Positions 20,751 through 31,657 of a DNA stretch of 64,000 nucleotides are shown here, in pieces. Source of the DNA: Vulcanimicrobiota bacterium (GTDB lineage: Bacteria > Vulcanimicrobiota > Vulcanimicrobiia > Eremiobacterales > Eremiobacteraceae); NCBI GenBank assembly GCA_963805945.1, contig CAWDVP010000002.1, positions 640,001 to 704,000 on the forward strand. The letters run 5' to 3'. The position numbers were made by a program, and so were the translations under genes. The stretch's first letter is position 1. Every line of letters begins with the position of its first letter. The notes beneath the pieces were generated by a model. That model saw nothing but the letters and a program-made list of their open reading frames with translations. It searched no databases and was not told where the DNA came from.

Positions 20751-22080
20751 GGGGGTTTGTGGTATTGGGGTGGTATAGAGTATAAGAATGGTAAAAGAGT
20801 GGGATTGAGATGTTTGGGAGTTGAGGGTGAGGGTGGGGTGAAGAGGGTGGTAAAGAAGAGTGTGTGGTAAGGGTGGGTGTGGATGTGGGAGGGGGAGATG
20901 AGTGTGGAGATGGTTGGGGGTGGGGGGGAAAGGGAGGCGGGGAGGGGGGCGGTGAGCGGGAGGGGGGCGGAGAAGGGGGGAGGGGGGCAAGCGGTTTTCG
21001 CGGGGGGGGGTGTTGGTGGGGGGGGTGTGGGAGGGTGGGAGTGTACAAGCGTTGAGAGTTCGCGGGTTGGTGGGGGAGAATAAGGTGCGTGCGGTGAGTG
21101 GAGGGGGAGTGAGCTGTATGCTGAGGTGGTAGTGGCGCTATGGGGCAAGTGAGGTGGGGAGGGAGTAGGAGAAGCAGCAGTAGCGTGTGGAGGTGTTGCG
21201 CGGTGCGTTGGGTGGCAAGGAGTGCGCGCTGGAGGATGTGCTGCTGGTGCGATTAGGTGTTGATTTGAGCTGGGTGGGTTGCTTTGGTATGGCGCTGGTG
21301 TGTGCTGCTGGTGTGTGTTGTCAGCGGTGTGGCGCGGAGATAGCATGAAGCGTAGCTGCTGCGTTAGTTGGCTGCGGGCACGCGGTGCTGTGGAGCATGG
21401 GTACTAGGTGTGGGGGTATGAAAGAGTGAGCGCGCAGCGGGTGGTGCGGTAGAGTTGCGGTGCGATGTAAGGCAGAACAGCGGTTTGGAGAATGCGTATA
21501 GACGATATGGAGAAGGAGTGCGTCGATAGACTGGCACGCGCGGCGCTAGAAGTGTGGAAAGAGGCGACGCTTGGAGCGGCTGTTGGCAGTACACGCAGTG
21601 GTGCTGACGTGGCGCACGCGGGTGCTGCACACACGCTGCGATGATGGTGGAGAGAGAGAGAGACTTAGAGTGGGTGCGTTGAGCGAGAGACGATGGAAAT
21701 GGCGCGTGGTGCGCGAGCGCGCAGATTTGCTGCGCGGATGCATTGAAGGTACAAAAGTGAGTTGGAGAGTGGTGCGCTGGCTGGGTGCGAGTGTAGATGG
21801 CAGCGGCGCTTTGTGAGGTGTGAGTGTTTGCGAATTCTGTGACGAGAGCGCAGGTGCTGCGCGGTATGTTGAAAGCGCTGCGGTGCAGAGCTGGTTGATG
21901 CGATTGGGTGTGAAGGAGTGCGGTGAGAGTGTTGTTACGCAGCGCAGCAGAGTTACGGTGTGCGGTGAGTGTGAGCGACGATGGTAACTGGAGGAGGTGC
22001 GCAGGTGATTCTAGCGAGTGTGGTTGTGGAGTAGCTGTGGGTGAGTGCGCAGGTGCGGGGCTACTGGTGCGTGACGTCTA
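20750..22080. other. G/T-skewed low-quality or low-complexity stretch, probable sequencing/assembly artefact
   Basis: Abrupt loss of C on + strand, G runs, no codon structure, gradual return to normal composition near 22100. Confidence 0.85.
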
Positions 22081-22099
22081 CATCGCACGATGCCGATGA

Positions 22100-22412
22100 G
22101 GGCTGCACGCGCGTCTGCTCACGACTCCTCGATACGTGGTTTCAAGCAGAGCGGGCGCAGCTATTTCGTGCTCTACGGGAACAGCCGCGCCCGGCGCCCG
22201 TGTACGACTTCGCATCGCTCACCACGCGCGCGCAGCGCGACGCCGCCACGGTCGTCGCCGTCCGTGCAGAAAACAGCAATGCCGCATACCAGAGCCCGGA
22301 GCCTTGGACGGAGCGAAACGGCTGGGTGCTGTGGGTGGCGTTGCTCGCCGCGGTCGTCATCATCGGCGGCCTCGCCATCCGCATGATGCGGACGCCTCCG
22401 CCTGCTGCGTAG
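22100..22412 (+). CDS. C-terminal remnant of a DUF3999-like membrane-anchored protein
   Basis: SYFVLYGN / APVYDFA / PWTERNGWVLWVALLAAVVIIGGLAIRMMR across frames. Confidence 0.55.
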
Positions 22413-22440
22413 CTGGCCGACTGAAAGGTCGGCCCCTACA
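22409..22440. repeat. GTAG-headed REP-like palindrome
   Basis: Minus strand TGTAGGGGCCGACCTTTCAGTCGGCC; between convergent genes. Confidence 0.75.
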
Positions 22441-23069
22441 TCATCCCCTTCGCTTGGCAGCGGGATGACCGCCGCGCGCACGTTGCGCGGCATCGCGTAG
22501 AAACACGTCAGCAGGAAGAACGCTATCACCGCGCCGCGCGGCCAGACGAAGGCGATCAGCGTCGCGGCCGGATACGCGAGCAGCCCCACGACGTTCCACG
22601 CCGTGTGCCTCACCGAGCGGCCGCCCGGACCATGGACGGACCGCCAGGCCTCGTGCCACAGCAGGTTATAGAGCAGCGACAAGACGGACAGCGTAACGCC
22701 ATAGAGGATGACGGCGGGCCGCGTGGTGCCGAACGAGCCCAACACATGCATCACGAACGGCACGAAGCAGACGACCAGCAAGAAGATCAGGTTGAGGATC
22801 GCGATCGCCAGCGTGATCCGGCTGACGTTCTTGAACATGGCGTGGTGATTGACCCAGAAGATGCCGATCGTCGCAAAGGCGACGACGTAGACGAGAAACG
22901 TCTCCAGCTGCGCGGCGAGCTCGTGCCACTGCGCCGCTTCGCCCGCACCTCTCATGTTCTGGACGCGCAGCTCCAAGATCAGCAGCGTGATGGCGATGGC
23001 GAAGACGCCGTCGGTGAAGGCCTCGAAGCGGTTCTTGCTGATGTTGAGGGTCTCATCGCGCAGCAGCAA
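22441..23069 (-). CDS. Second TMEM175-family potassium channel (stop probably near 22441)
   Basis: KNRFEAFTDGVFAIAITLLILEL, IFWVNHHAMF, FVPF; track ORF overruns to 22173, and one base fewer in the G run before 22443 would restore a TGA. Confidence 0.88.
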
Positions 23070-23075
23070 CCGGCC

Positions 23076-23588
23076 CTACCTTTCGCTCGCCTCGAGCGGC
23101 GGACGCCGGAACATCATGAGCAGGCCGGCGATCTGCAAGAGCACGAGCACGAAGTAGATGATGAGCGGGATCAGCACGCGGTCAGTCGGCAGGCGCGGAT
23201 CCGGGGTCGTGTTCGCAACCAGCACGGCCTGGATCACGACGTCGAACAAGACGATCGCGAACACTCCAAGCCACTGAAAGCGCGCGGCGAGTTCGCCCAG
23301 CGTCCGCTCGCGGCGCTCGGGCGCGAGCCAGTACTCCTTATACGGCATGTTGACGGATGCCGGCAAGCGGTAGAGCAAAGCCGGAAACCCAAGGAATATG
23401 GCGCTGAGCAGCGCGAGCATGACGCCGCACGAGGTGAAGAAGACCTCTTTGGTCTGCCAGCCGTTCGGCACGCCCGCGACGTTGAAGTGCGACGCCATCG
23501 GATCGGCGAGGATGAGCGGATAGTAGTGCACCATCTGCACGCAGGCCACCACCGCCAGGACGATGATGACGACGCCCGGGAAGCGCAT
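23076..23588 (-). CDS. DUF1648-domain membrane protein
   Basis: YPLILADPMASHFNVAGVPNGW, NMPYKEYWLAPERRE; four TM segments. Confidence 0.8.
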   Translation of the reverse strand: MRFPGVVIIVLAVVACVQMVHYYPLILADPMASHFNVAGVPNGWQTKEVFFTSCGVMLALLSAIFLGFPALLYRLPASVNMPYKEYWLAPERRERTLGELAARFQWLGVFAIVLFDVVIQAVLVANTTPDPRLPTDRVLIPLIIYFVLVLLQIAGLLMMFRRPPLEASER

Positions 23589-23665
23589 CGCCCTGGCGAT
23601 TCGCGCTCCAAGGGGTGCCTGCCTCGCGGGCATCCAATCCGGCCCGCAGAGCGTAGACAGCACAT

Positions 23666-24442
23666 ATGAAGCAACGCGTGTATCGCCATCCGATCGTCGT
23701 CCGCGTGACGCATTGGGTCATCGCGCTCGCCTTGCTCGTGCTCACGATGAGCGGGCTGCAGATCTTCATGGCGCATCCGAACCTCTATGCGTCGGACGCA
23801 TCGGTCTTCGACCATCCAGTGCTCTCGATCTACGCCGACTCAGACGCATCCGGCAACCCCGTGGGCCATCTGCAGATCGGTTCGCACGTCTTCACCACAA
23901 CGGGTTGGCTCGGCTGGACCAGTGACGGCATGGGTGGCCTCGACGCGCGCGCGTTCCCGGCCTGGACGACCATCCCGGCGTATCGCGCGCTCGCCGATGG
24001 CCGCCGCTGGCACATCTTCTTCGCCTGGCTGCTCGGCCTGTGCGCGCTCGCGTACGCGTATTGGGCGTTCGCGCTCGTGCCCAAGAAAGCGGATATCGAA
24101 GAGCTGCCGCACGCGCTCAAAGAGCACGCGCTGCCGTGGAAAGTGAAATCCAAAGCCGAGTACAACCCGATGCAGAAGATCGCGTACTTCTCGGTCGTGT
24201 TCGGGCTCGTGCCGCTGGCGATCGTGTCCGGCCTCGCGCTCTCGCCGTCGGTCGACGCGCACGCGCACTGGCTGCCGTGGCTTCTCGGCGGCCGGCAGTT
24301 CGCGCGCATCTGGCACTTCATCGCGATGTTCGGCATCATCGGCTTCTTCATCGGGCACTTCGTCATGGTCGCGTTGACCGGATTTTGGAACAACCTGCGC
24401 GCCATGATCACCGGCTGGTTCGTCGTGGAGAGAGCATCATGA
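23666..24442 (+). CDS. Cytochrome b/b6-domain membrane protein
   Basis: VRVTHWV, MSGLQIF, RRWHIFFAW, YNPMQKIAY, ARIWHF, HFVMV. Confidence 0.9.
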   Translation: MKQRVYRHPIVVRVTHWVIALALLVLTMSGLQIFMAHPNLYASDASVFDHPVLSIYADSDASGNPVGHLQIGSHVFTTTGWLGWTSDGMGGLDARAFPAWTTIPAYRALADGRRWHIFFAWLLGLCALAYAYWAFALVPKKADIEELPHALKEHALPWKVKSKAEYNPMQKIAYFSVVFGLVPLAIVSGLALSPSVDAHAHWLPWLLGGRQFARIWHFIAMFGIIGFFIGHFVMVALTGFWNNLRAMITGWFVVERAS

Positions 24443-25188
24443 ACGTGCGCCGCGCCCAATTCCTCGCGCTGCTCGCCGGTTCGACGCTCACCGGCTGCGC
24501 GCGCGTCGCGACCTCGCTCAACGACACCCAGTGGTTCCACGACCTGCTCGGATCACCGGAGCGGCTCGACATGGCGCTGCTCGGCGCGGGCCAGCCGCTC
24601 GCGCGCGAGTATGCGGATCGGTACATCTCGACTGATTTCCGCCACAACGGCTTCGATCCGCCCAGCGACGCCACGTACGTGCGCTGGACGCGCGACGGCT
24701 TCACAGGCTATCGGCTCTTCGTCTCGGGGCTCGTCGACAAGCCGACGTCGTACAGTTTGGCGGAGCTGCGCAGCCATTTCACGCCGGCGACGCAGACGAC
24801 GCGGCACGATTGCGTCGAAGGCTGGAGCGTCATCGGCAAGTGGCGCGGCGCGCTGCTGCGCGATGTGCTTGCCGCCTCAGCGCCGCAGGCAAACGCGAAG
24901 TACGTCGTCTTCCACTGCCTCGATGATGACGGTGCCGGGAACAAATACTACGAATCATTGGACCTGCGCCAAGCCGCGCATCCGCAGTCGCTGCTCGCCT
25001 ACGATCTCAACGATGCGCCGGTGCCGCCGAAGAACGGCGCGCCGCTGCGGCTCAAAGTGCCGGTGCAGCTCGGCTACAAGAGCGCGAAGCACGTCGCGCG
25101 CATCGAACTGGTCGCCGGATTAGGCGGCGAGCTCGGCAAGGGCGGCTACTGGGAAGACCGCGGCTACGAGTGGTTCGCGGGCATCTAG
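24439..25188 (+). CDS. Molybdopterin-dependent oxidoreductase (MsrP/sulfite oxidase family)
   Basis: Tat-like RRAQFL plus LTGC lipobox; TRHDCVEGWS, NGAPLRL, LGYKSAKHV, GYWEDRGY. Confidence 0.9.
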   Translation: MNVRRAQFLALLAGSTLTGCARVATSLNDTQWFHDLLGSPERLDMALLGAGQPLAREYADRYISTDFRHNGFDPPSDATYVRWTRDGFTGYRLFVSGLVDKPTSYSLAELRSHFTPATQTTRHDCVEGWSVIGKWRGALLRDVLAASAPQANAKYVVFHCLDDDGAGNKYYESLDLRQAAHPQSLLAYDLNDAPVPPKNGAPLRLKVPVQLGYKSAKHVARIELVAGLGGELGKGGYWEDRGYEWFAGI

Positions 25189-25193
25189 ACCCG

Positions 25194-25568
25194 TCAGGCG
25201 GTCTTGCGCTTGTGGAACGTCACCAAGTTACCCTCGGTGTCGTTGACCATCGCCATGCGGCAGGCGGGCGTCTCATGTTCCATTTGCACTGCGAGGCCGC
25301 GCGCCTTGACCGCCTTGACGGCCGCATCGAGATCGTCGACCGCGAACAGGATCCCATTGCTGGGCTGGAAGGGCATCACTGCGCCGCCGCCGCCCCATAA
25401 GCCGAACGCCGTGCCATCCGCGAACTCGTATTCCGCGCCGCGATTATCGGGATAGACCCTGGTGGGTTCCAGCCCGAGCACGTCGCGATAGAAGCCGATC
25501 GCGCGCGCAGCGTCTTTGACCATGTAACCGCTGAGGTCCAGTCCGGTGACCTTGAAAGGATGACTCAC
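25194..25568 (-). CDS. VOC/glyoxalase family protein
   Basis: VKDAARAIGFYRDVLGL, FAVDDLDAAV, DTEGN. Confidence 0.88.
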   Translation of the reverse strand: MSHPFKVTGLDLSGYMVKDAARAIGFYRDVLGLEPTRVYPDNRGAEYEFADGTAFGLWGGGGAVMPFQPSNGILFAVDDLDAAVKAVKARGLAVQMEHETPACRMAMVNDTEGNLVTFHKRKTA

Positions 25569-25615
25569 AATCGCTCTCCCGTCGTCTCGTGCCGGCGGTC
25601 GCGACCCGTGCGCGC

Positions 25616-26137
25616 CTAGCTACCCTCGCGGAGCAGCTGATTCACCGTCGCATCGACCACGTCGTCCTGCGAGTCGCCGATGACGGTCTTGCGCAGCACG
25701 CCGTGACGATCGAAGATCATCTGGGTCGGCCAGCCGGTGATGCCGTACGCGTTCCAGAGAGCGAAATCATTGTCGATCGCGACCGGCCAGGCGACGCCCT
25801 GCGCTTTCGTGGAGGTGATGACCGCCGAGCGGTCATGCTCGTACGTGGTCTCCGGGCTGTGCACGCTGAGGATCACAAGATCGCGCCGCGATTCGTTCTT
25901 GTAGAGCGCGCGCAGGTTCGGCTCGACGTTCTTGCAGTTGTAGCAGCCGAAGGTGTAAAAATCGAGCACCACGACCTTGCCGCGGACGTCGGCCGCGGTC
26001 GGCTTGCCGTTGAGCCAATCCGTGGCCGCGAGCACGCGGGTGAGGCTCGCCGAGGGGGCGGTCTGCGCCGCATGCGCTGCGTAGGCGGCGCCGCCGGCGA
26101 ACGCCAGCGCCGCGAGCGCGAGAACGAGCTTTTTCAT
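25616..26137 (-). CDS. Exported thioredoxin-like redoxin (DipZ-type domain)
   Basis: Signal peptide MKKLVLALAALAF; WLNG, RGKVVVLDFYTFGCYNC, VHSPE, DNDFALWNAY, WPT. Confidence 0.88.
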   Translation of the reverse strand: MKKLVLALAALAFAGGAAYAAHAAQTAPSASLTRVLAATDWLNGKPTAADVRGKVVVLDFYTFGCYNCKNVEPNLRALYKNESRRDLVILSVHSPETTYEHDRSAVITSTKAQGVAWPVAIDNDFALWNAYGITGWPTQMIFDRHGVLRKTVIGDSQDDVVDATVNQLLREGS

Positions 26138-26209
26138 ATCCCTTGGTACGTCGTCTGCGGCCGGATGGATGTTTAGGAGAAGGGCCGCGGGGCAAAGAAG
26201 CGGTCCGCC

Positions 26210-27016
26210 ATGTTCCGAGGTGCGAAAACCGGCGCGACGTATGTCGGCGAGAACCGGGTCCTGCTCAAGACCGCCAACGGGTTCAAGATGTACGTGGACG
26301 GGCGCGACGTCTCGATCGCGCCGCACCTCATCCTCGACGGCGTGTGGGAGGAGTGGACCGAGGCGGTGCTGCGCACGCTGCTGCGGCCGGGCATGACCGT
26401 GTTCGAAGTTGGCACGAACGTGGGGTTCTTCACGTTGATCATGGCGGCTGCAGTAGGGCCAGGCGGCAAGATCTTTTCATTTGAAGCGGACGCCGAGCTG
26501 GCGCAACTCGCGCGCGACAACATCGAGATCAACGGTCTGCATCGCACCGCGCGGGTCGTCGAGCGTGCCGCGGGTGAACACGCGGGCACCGTCACCTTCT
26601 ACAAGACCGATCGCCACCTCGGCGGCGGTTCGATCGTCGAAGGGCTGGAGCAGATCCCGCACAACCCATCGGACCATCGCCGCGCGGTCGAGGTCGCGAT
26701 GACGACGCTCGACGTGTTCTGCAAAGAGGTGAGCGCGCAGCCGGACGTGCTGAAGATCGACGCGGAGGGAGCAGAGTCGGCGATCCTGCGCGGCGCGAGC
26801 GAGCTGTTGGACTCGAAGCGGCCGCTTGCGATCGTCATGGAGTTCTTCCCGCGTTTCGTGCGCGCGGCGGGCGATGAGCCTGACGCGCTGTTGGCGCGCA
26901 TGGAGCAGCGCGGCTTCTCGCTCTACGTGATCGACGAGCGTCGCCGGCGCTTGGAACCCGTGAGCGCGCAAGCGCTGCTGCAGCGGGAGAACGCGGAGAT
27001 CGTCCTGCGCCGCTAG
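26210..27016 (+). CDS. FkbM-family SAM methyltransferase
   Basis: FEVGTNVGFFT, IFSFEAD, TTLD, VLKIDAEGAE. Confidence 0.9.
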   Translation: MFRGAKTGATYVGENRVLLKTANGFKMYVDGRDVSIAPHLILDGVWEEWTEAVLRTLLRPGMTVFEVGTNVGFFTLIMAAAVGPGGKIFSFEADAELAQLARDNIEINGLHRTARVVERAAGEHAGTVTFYKTDRHLGGGSIVEGLEQIPHNPSDHRRAVEVAMTTLDVFCKEVSAQPDVLKIDAEGAESAILRGASELLDSKRPLAIVMEFFPRFVRAAGDEPDALLARMEQRGFSLYVIDERRRRLEPVSAQALLQRENAEIVLRR

Positions 27017-27041
27017 ACGACATCGCCCGGAACGCGGAGAT

Positions 27042-30000
27042 CTAGGTCGAGGTCGGCGTCGCCTTCGCGCGGCGCTCGCGCCAGCGTTCCTCTGCGCCTG
27101 CGATGATGATGTAGAGCAGCGGGATGACGAGCAGGTTGAGCAGCGTCGAGATGAGCATGCCGCCGACGACCGCGGTGCCGATGGAGTGGCGGCTCGACTC
27201 GCCGGCGCCCGAGGCGAACACGAGCGGCATGATGCCGAAGATGAACGCGAACGACGTCATGAGGATGGGACGCAACCGTGTCATCGCGGCTTGGACGGCA
27301 GCTTGCGCGACCGGCATGCCCTGCTTGCGCAGCAAGTTGCCGAACTGCACGATCAGGATCGCGTTCTTGCTCGCGAGGCCGACCAACATCACGAGGCCGA
27401 TCTGGCAGAAGATATCGTTCTGGACGTCGTTGGTGCTGGGGAGGATGTGCAGCATCGTGAGCGTATGCCGTATCCAGATGCCGCCGAGCGCCCCGAGGAT
27501 CGCCAGCGGCACCGCCAAGATGATGATGAGCGGATCGACGAGGCTCTCATACTGCGCGGCGAGCACGAGGAAAACGAAGAGCACCGCTAAGCCGAAGATG
27601 ATGATGGTGACGCTGCCGGCCTCGATCTGATCGAGCGACGTGCCCGTCCACTCGTAGCTCATGCCCGGCGGCAGCGTCTGCGCCGCGACTCTTTGCATCT
27701 CAGCAAGCGCTTGACCGGACGAGGCACCGGGCGCCGGCTGGCCGTTGAACTCCATCGAGCGGAAAAGGTTATAGTGCGAGATGGTCGGCGGGCCGAGCGT
27801 GCGCTGCACCGTCACGAACGCCGACAGCGGGATCATCGCGCCGCTGTCGTTGCGGACGTACATCCGGCTCAGGTCGCCGATCTGCGACCGGAACGGCGCG
27901 TCCGCCTGGACGTACACGCGGTACGACTTGTCGAGATAGTTGAAGTCGTTGACGTAGTCCGAGCCCAACATGATCTGGAGCGTGTCGAACACGTCGCCGA
28001 GATTGACGTGCATCGCCTGCACGGCGTTGCGGTCGACGTTCACCTGCACTTGCGGGCTGTCGGCGCGGAACGTCGTGAACACCGAGCGCAGCATCGGGTC
28101 GGTATTGGCGTGGTATTCGATCAAGCCAGCGGCCTGCGCGAGCGCCGGAATGCCAAGCCCGGTCTGATCCTCGACCTGGAAGTCGAAGCCGCCGATGTTG
28201 CCGGCGCCTTGGATGGGCGGGAAATTGAAGGCGAACGCGGATGCCCCGGTGATGCCGAAGAGCTTGCCGCCCGTCCGCTCGATGATCGCGGCGACCGAAT
28301 GGTCGGCCCGCTTGCGCTCCGACCACGGTTTGAGCGTCGCGAACATGATGCCGTTGTTAGGCCCGACGCCGGTGAAGCTGAAGCCGGCGACGCTGAAGAT
28401 ATTGACGACGTCGGGTTCGGAGCGCACCACGCCCTGCACCTGAGCCATGATCTTGGTCATGTACTGGAGCGAGACGCCCGGCGGCGCCTGCGCGATGACG
28501 ACGAAGAAGCCCTGGTCTTCGTCGGGCACGAACGCGGTCGGCACGATCTTGATCATCAGCACGGTCGCGCACAGCAGCGCGGCGAACACGACCAGCACGA
28601 CCGCGGGCTTCGCCAGCACGGCGGGGAGCAGGCGCTTATAGCCCGCGCGGACGCCGGTGATGAAGTTGCCGATCGCCTGCATGAACTTGTTGTGGTGCGG
28701 CTCTTCTCTATCGAGCAGGATCGCCGCCAGCGCCGGCGCCAGCGTCAAGGCGGTGAAAGCGGAGATGGTGATGGTCGAGGCGATCGTCAGCGCGAACTGC
28801 TTGTAGAGCTCGCCCGTCGTGCCGGGGAAGAACGCGACCGGTATGAACACCGCCAGCAGCACGAGCGACGTCGCGATGACCGCGCTCGTGATCTCCGCCA
28901 TCGCCAGAGGCGCTGCCGTCTTCGCGTCCATGTTGTGCTCGTGGATATAGCGCACGATGTTCTCCACGACCACGATCGCGTCGTCGACGACGAGCGCAGT
29001 CGCGAGCGTGAGGCCGAAGAGCGTCAGCGTGTTGATCGAGAAGCCGAACGCCTTGAGCAGCGCGAACGTGCCGATGAGCGAGACGGGGATGGTGATCGCC
29101 GGGATCAGCGTCGCGCGCCAATCCTGCAGGAAGAAGAAGATGACGAGCACGACCAGCGAGATCGCCAGCGCGAGCGTCGTCATGACCTCCCTGATGGATT
29201 GGTTGACGAACACCGTCGTGTCGAAGGCGACGTCGTACTTGATGCCGGGCGGGAATGATTTCGAAAGCCGCTCGAGCGCCTGGTGGACGCCCTTGGAGAG
29301 GTTCAGCGTATTGGCGTCCGAGAGCTGCAGCACGCCCATGCCGACCGCGGTCTTGCCGTTGAAGTTGAGATTGGTCGAGTAGTCCTGCGCGCCGAGATCG
29401 ACGCGCCCGACGTCGGAGACGCGGACCAGGTAGTTCTGCCCCGATTTGACCACGATGTTCGCGAACTCGGCCGGCGAGGTGAGCCGGCCGGCCACCCGGA
29501 CGTTATAGGTGTACGCCTGCGTCGCGGGCGCGGGCTGCTGTCCGATGGCGCCCGCGGCGACCTGGACGTTCTGCTGCGAGAGCGCCGCGATCACGTCGTC
29601 CGGCGTGAGCTTGAACGCCTGCAGCCGCGCGGGGTCGAGCCACAGCCGCATGGCGTACTTGCGCTCGCCGAAGATGATGACGTTGCCGACGCCCTTCACG
29701 CGCTTGAGCGCTTGCGTGATGAAACGATCGGCATAGTTGCTCAAGAAGGTGTCGTCGTATTTCGGATTGTCCGACGTCAAGGCGATCGCCATGACGAACG
29801 ACGATGAGTTCTTGCTCACCGTGATGCCGGTCTGCTTGACCTGAGCGGGCAGCAGGCCTTGCGCCACGTTGACGCGCGTCTGCACGTCCTGAGCCGCTTT
29901 GTCCAAGTCGCGGCCAAGATTGAAGGTCGCGTTGATCGTGCTCGACCCGTCGTCCGAGCTCGCCGAGGAGATGTAGCGCAGCCCTTCCGCGCCGTTGATC

Positions 30001-30206
30001 TGTTCTTCCAGCGGGTTGGTGACGGATTGTTCCACCGCTTGCGCGTTCGCGCCGATGTACTCCGATTGCACGGTGACGGTGGGCGGCGCGATGTTCGGGT
30101 AGTCCGCGACCGGCAACGTCGGGATGGAGATGGCGCCGGCGAGCAGGATGACGGCCGAACACACGGCGGCGAAGATCGGCCGCGAGATGAAGAAATTGCC
30201 CGACAT
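27042..30206 (-). CDS. HAE1-family RND efflux permease
   Basis: FISRPIFA, YPNIAPP, VVDDAIVVVEN, KNAILIV, RLRPILMTS; 1054 aa. Confidence 0.97.
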   Translation of the reverse strand: MSGNFFISRPIFAAVCSAVILLAGAISIPTLPVADYPNIAPPTVTVQSEYIGANAQAVEQSVTNPLEEQINGAEGLRYISSASSDDGSSTINATFNLGRDLDKAAQDVQTRVNVAQGLLPAQVKQTGITVSKNSSSFVMAIALTSDNPKYDDTFLSNYADRFITQALKRVKGVGNVIIFGERKYAMRLWLDPARLQAFKLTPDDVIAALSQQNVQVAAGAIGQQPAPATQAYTYNVRVAGRLTSPAEFANIVVKSGQNYLVRVSDVGRVDLGAQDYSTNLNFNGKTAVGMGVLQLSDANTLNLSKGVHQALERLSKSFPPGIKYDVAFDTTVFVNQSIREVMTTLALAISLVVLVIFFFLQDWRATLIPAITIPVSLIGTFALLKAFGFSINTLTLFGLTLATALVVDDAIVVVENIVRYIHEHNMDAKTAAPLAMAEITSAVIATSLVLLAVFIPVAFFPGTTGELYKQFALTIASTITISAFTALTLAPALAAILLDREEPHHNKFMQAIGNFITGVRAGYKRLLPAVLAKPAVVLVVFAALLCATVLMIKIVPTAFVPDEDQGFFVVIAQAPPGVSLQYMTKIMAQVQGVVRSEPDVVNIFSVAGFSFTGVGPNNGIMFATLKPWSERKRADHSVAAIIERTGGKLFGITGASAFAFNFPPIQGAGNIGGFDFQVEDQTGLGIPALAQAAGLIEYHANTDPMLRSVFTTFRADSPQVQVNVDRNAVQAMHVNLGDVFDTLQIMLGSDYVNDFNYLDKSYRVYVQADAPFRSQIGDLSRMYVRNDSGAMIPLSAFVTVQRTLGPPTISHYNLFRSMEFNGQPAPGASSGQALAEMQRVAAQTLPPGMSYEWTGTSLDQIEAGSVTIIIFGLAVLFVFLVLAAQYESLVDPLIIILAVPLAILGALGGIWIRHTLTMLHILPSTNDVQNDIFCQIGLVMLVGLASKNAILIVQFGNLLRKQGMPVAQAAVQAAMTRLRPILMTSFAFIFGIMPLVFASGAGESSRHSIGTAVVGGMLISTLLNLLVIPLLYIIIAGAEERWRERRAKATPTST

Positions 30207-31540
30207 CAGTGCTTCGCTGCGCTTGCCGTGGGAGAGGCGCCAGGCTTGGTGGCGGCGCCCGGTTTACTAGGACCACCTGGCGGAGCCGCGCCTGGCGGCG
30301 GCATGACCTGCACCGGCGTCCCCGGTTGCAGCAGCGCCGAGTGGTTCAGGATCGCCTGCACGCCCGGCTTCAATCCAGCCCCGGTGACTTCGGCCTGTTC
30401 GTCGTTTTGGAGGCCGACCTCGACCGGCACCTCCTTCGCCTTGCCATCCTCGATGATGAACATCGAATAGCCTGCAGGCGTTTGATAGACGGATGCGCGC
30501 GGCGCGAGCAGCACGCCGGATTTGTGCGCGCGCGCGAACTGGACGGTCGCGACCATGCCGCCGTGCAGCACCAAGTCGGGATTGGGGAGCGGGATGCGCG
30601 CCGTATAGATCAACGTGCCGGGCGTGGTGGCTTCATTGAGGTACGCGACCTTGCCGTTCCACGTGCGCCCGGACGCGCCGGCGATAGAGACGTGGACGGG
30701 CGTGCCGACGTGCACGTAGGACATGTCCTCGCCCGAGATGCCGGCGTCGATGTACACCGGATCGAGCTGCGACACTTCCATCAGCACCGTGCCTGGCGAC
30801 GCGAGCGATCCGGGATCGACGTTGCGCGCGGTCACCACGCCGTCGAACGGTGCGCTCACCTGCGACTGCGCGATCTGGCGCTCCACGAATGCGAGCGACG
30901 CTTCGGCGTTGCGCAGCGAAGCGTTAGCGGCCGAATTGTTCCCACTCAGGCTGGCGTTGCGGGCCGCCACTTGTGCAGATTCATAGGCGGCGAGATCGGC
31001 ATTCGCCCGGCTGTGCGCGTCGTCGAGCGCCGATTGGGAGACGTAGCCTTGCTTGAACAGATCTTCGTCGCGCTTGAGGTTGAGCGCAGATGCTTGATAT
31101 GTCGTCCGAGCGGAGATCAGGTTGGCTTGGGCCGTCGTGACGCCGCCTGTGGTGTTGGCTTGGACCAGCGAGAGGTTCGCCGCTTGTTCGGACTGTTGGG
31201 CGCGCAGCGTGCTATCGTCGATCTGGACGAGCAGCTGACCTTTGTGGACGTGCTGGCCGATCTGCGCGCCGACCGTGAGCACGGCGCCCGAGACCACGGA
31301 TGAGAGCGAGGCGGAGAGCTTCGGCACGACGCTGCTCGTTACGCTCGCGTAATCGGCGATGTCGCCGCGCGTGATCGGCGCCGCCGCGACCGGGAACGCG
31401 AAACCGCCCGCGCCGCCGCCACCGCCTGGATAACCGCCCGGCTTGCCGCAGCCCGACGCGACGAGCGCGACCAGCGCCACGCCTAGGGCGGCCGTCGTAT
31501 AACGCCGGCGTTTGAAACTGTTTTGCATGGCGTGGCGCAT
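30206..31540 (-). CDS. RND membrane fusion (adaptor) lipoprotein
   Basis: VASGC lipobox, VHKGQLLVQID, VSAPFDGVV, coiled-coil hairpin. Confidence 0.93.
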   Translation of the reverse strand: MRHAMQNSFKRRRYTTAALGVALVALVASGCGKPGGYPGGGGGAGGFAFPVAAAPITRGDIADYASVTSSVVPKLSASLSSVVSGAVLTVGAQIGQHVHKGQLLVQIDDSTLRAQQSEQAANLSLVQANTTGGVTTAQANLISARTTYQASALNLKRDEDLFKQGYVSQSALDDAHSRANADLAAYESAQVAARNASLSGNNSAANASLRNAEASLAFVERQIAQSQVSAPFDGVVTARNVDPGSLASPGTVLMEVSQLDPVYIDAGISGEDMSYVHVGTPVHVSIAGASGRTWNGKVAYLNEATTPGTLIYTARIPLPNPDLVLHGGMVATVQFARAHKSGVLLAPRASVYQTPAGYSMFIIEDGKAKEVPVEVGLQNDEQAEVTGAGLKPGVQAILNHSALLQPGTPVQVMPPPGAAPPGGPSKPGAATKPGASPTASAAKH

Positions 31541-31657
31541 TCAAGCCCGCGGCGCGAATACCCCGCCGATTCGGCCGACGAAATCGAGCGGGACGCGCGA
31601 CCCGGCGCTAACTATCTCTTCGGGTAGGTAGCGGCCGCGTGCGCCGTGGCGCGAACG

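Noticed and set aside
20750..22080. G-quadruplex/telomere-like tract and Pro/His-rich ORFs on the minus strand
   Set aside because: No repeat unit or codon structure and flanked by rising indel density; best explained as low-quality read sequence
22173..22440. C-terminal extension of TMEM175 through the REP into the opposite gene
   Set aside because: One base fewer in a G homopolymer gives a TGA at 22441-22443; the extension looks like antisense read-through
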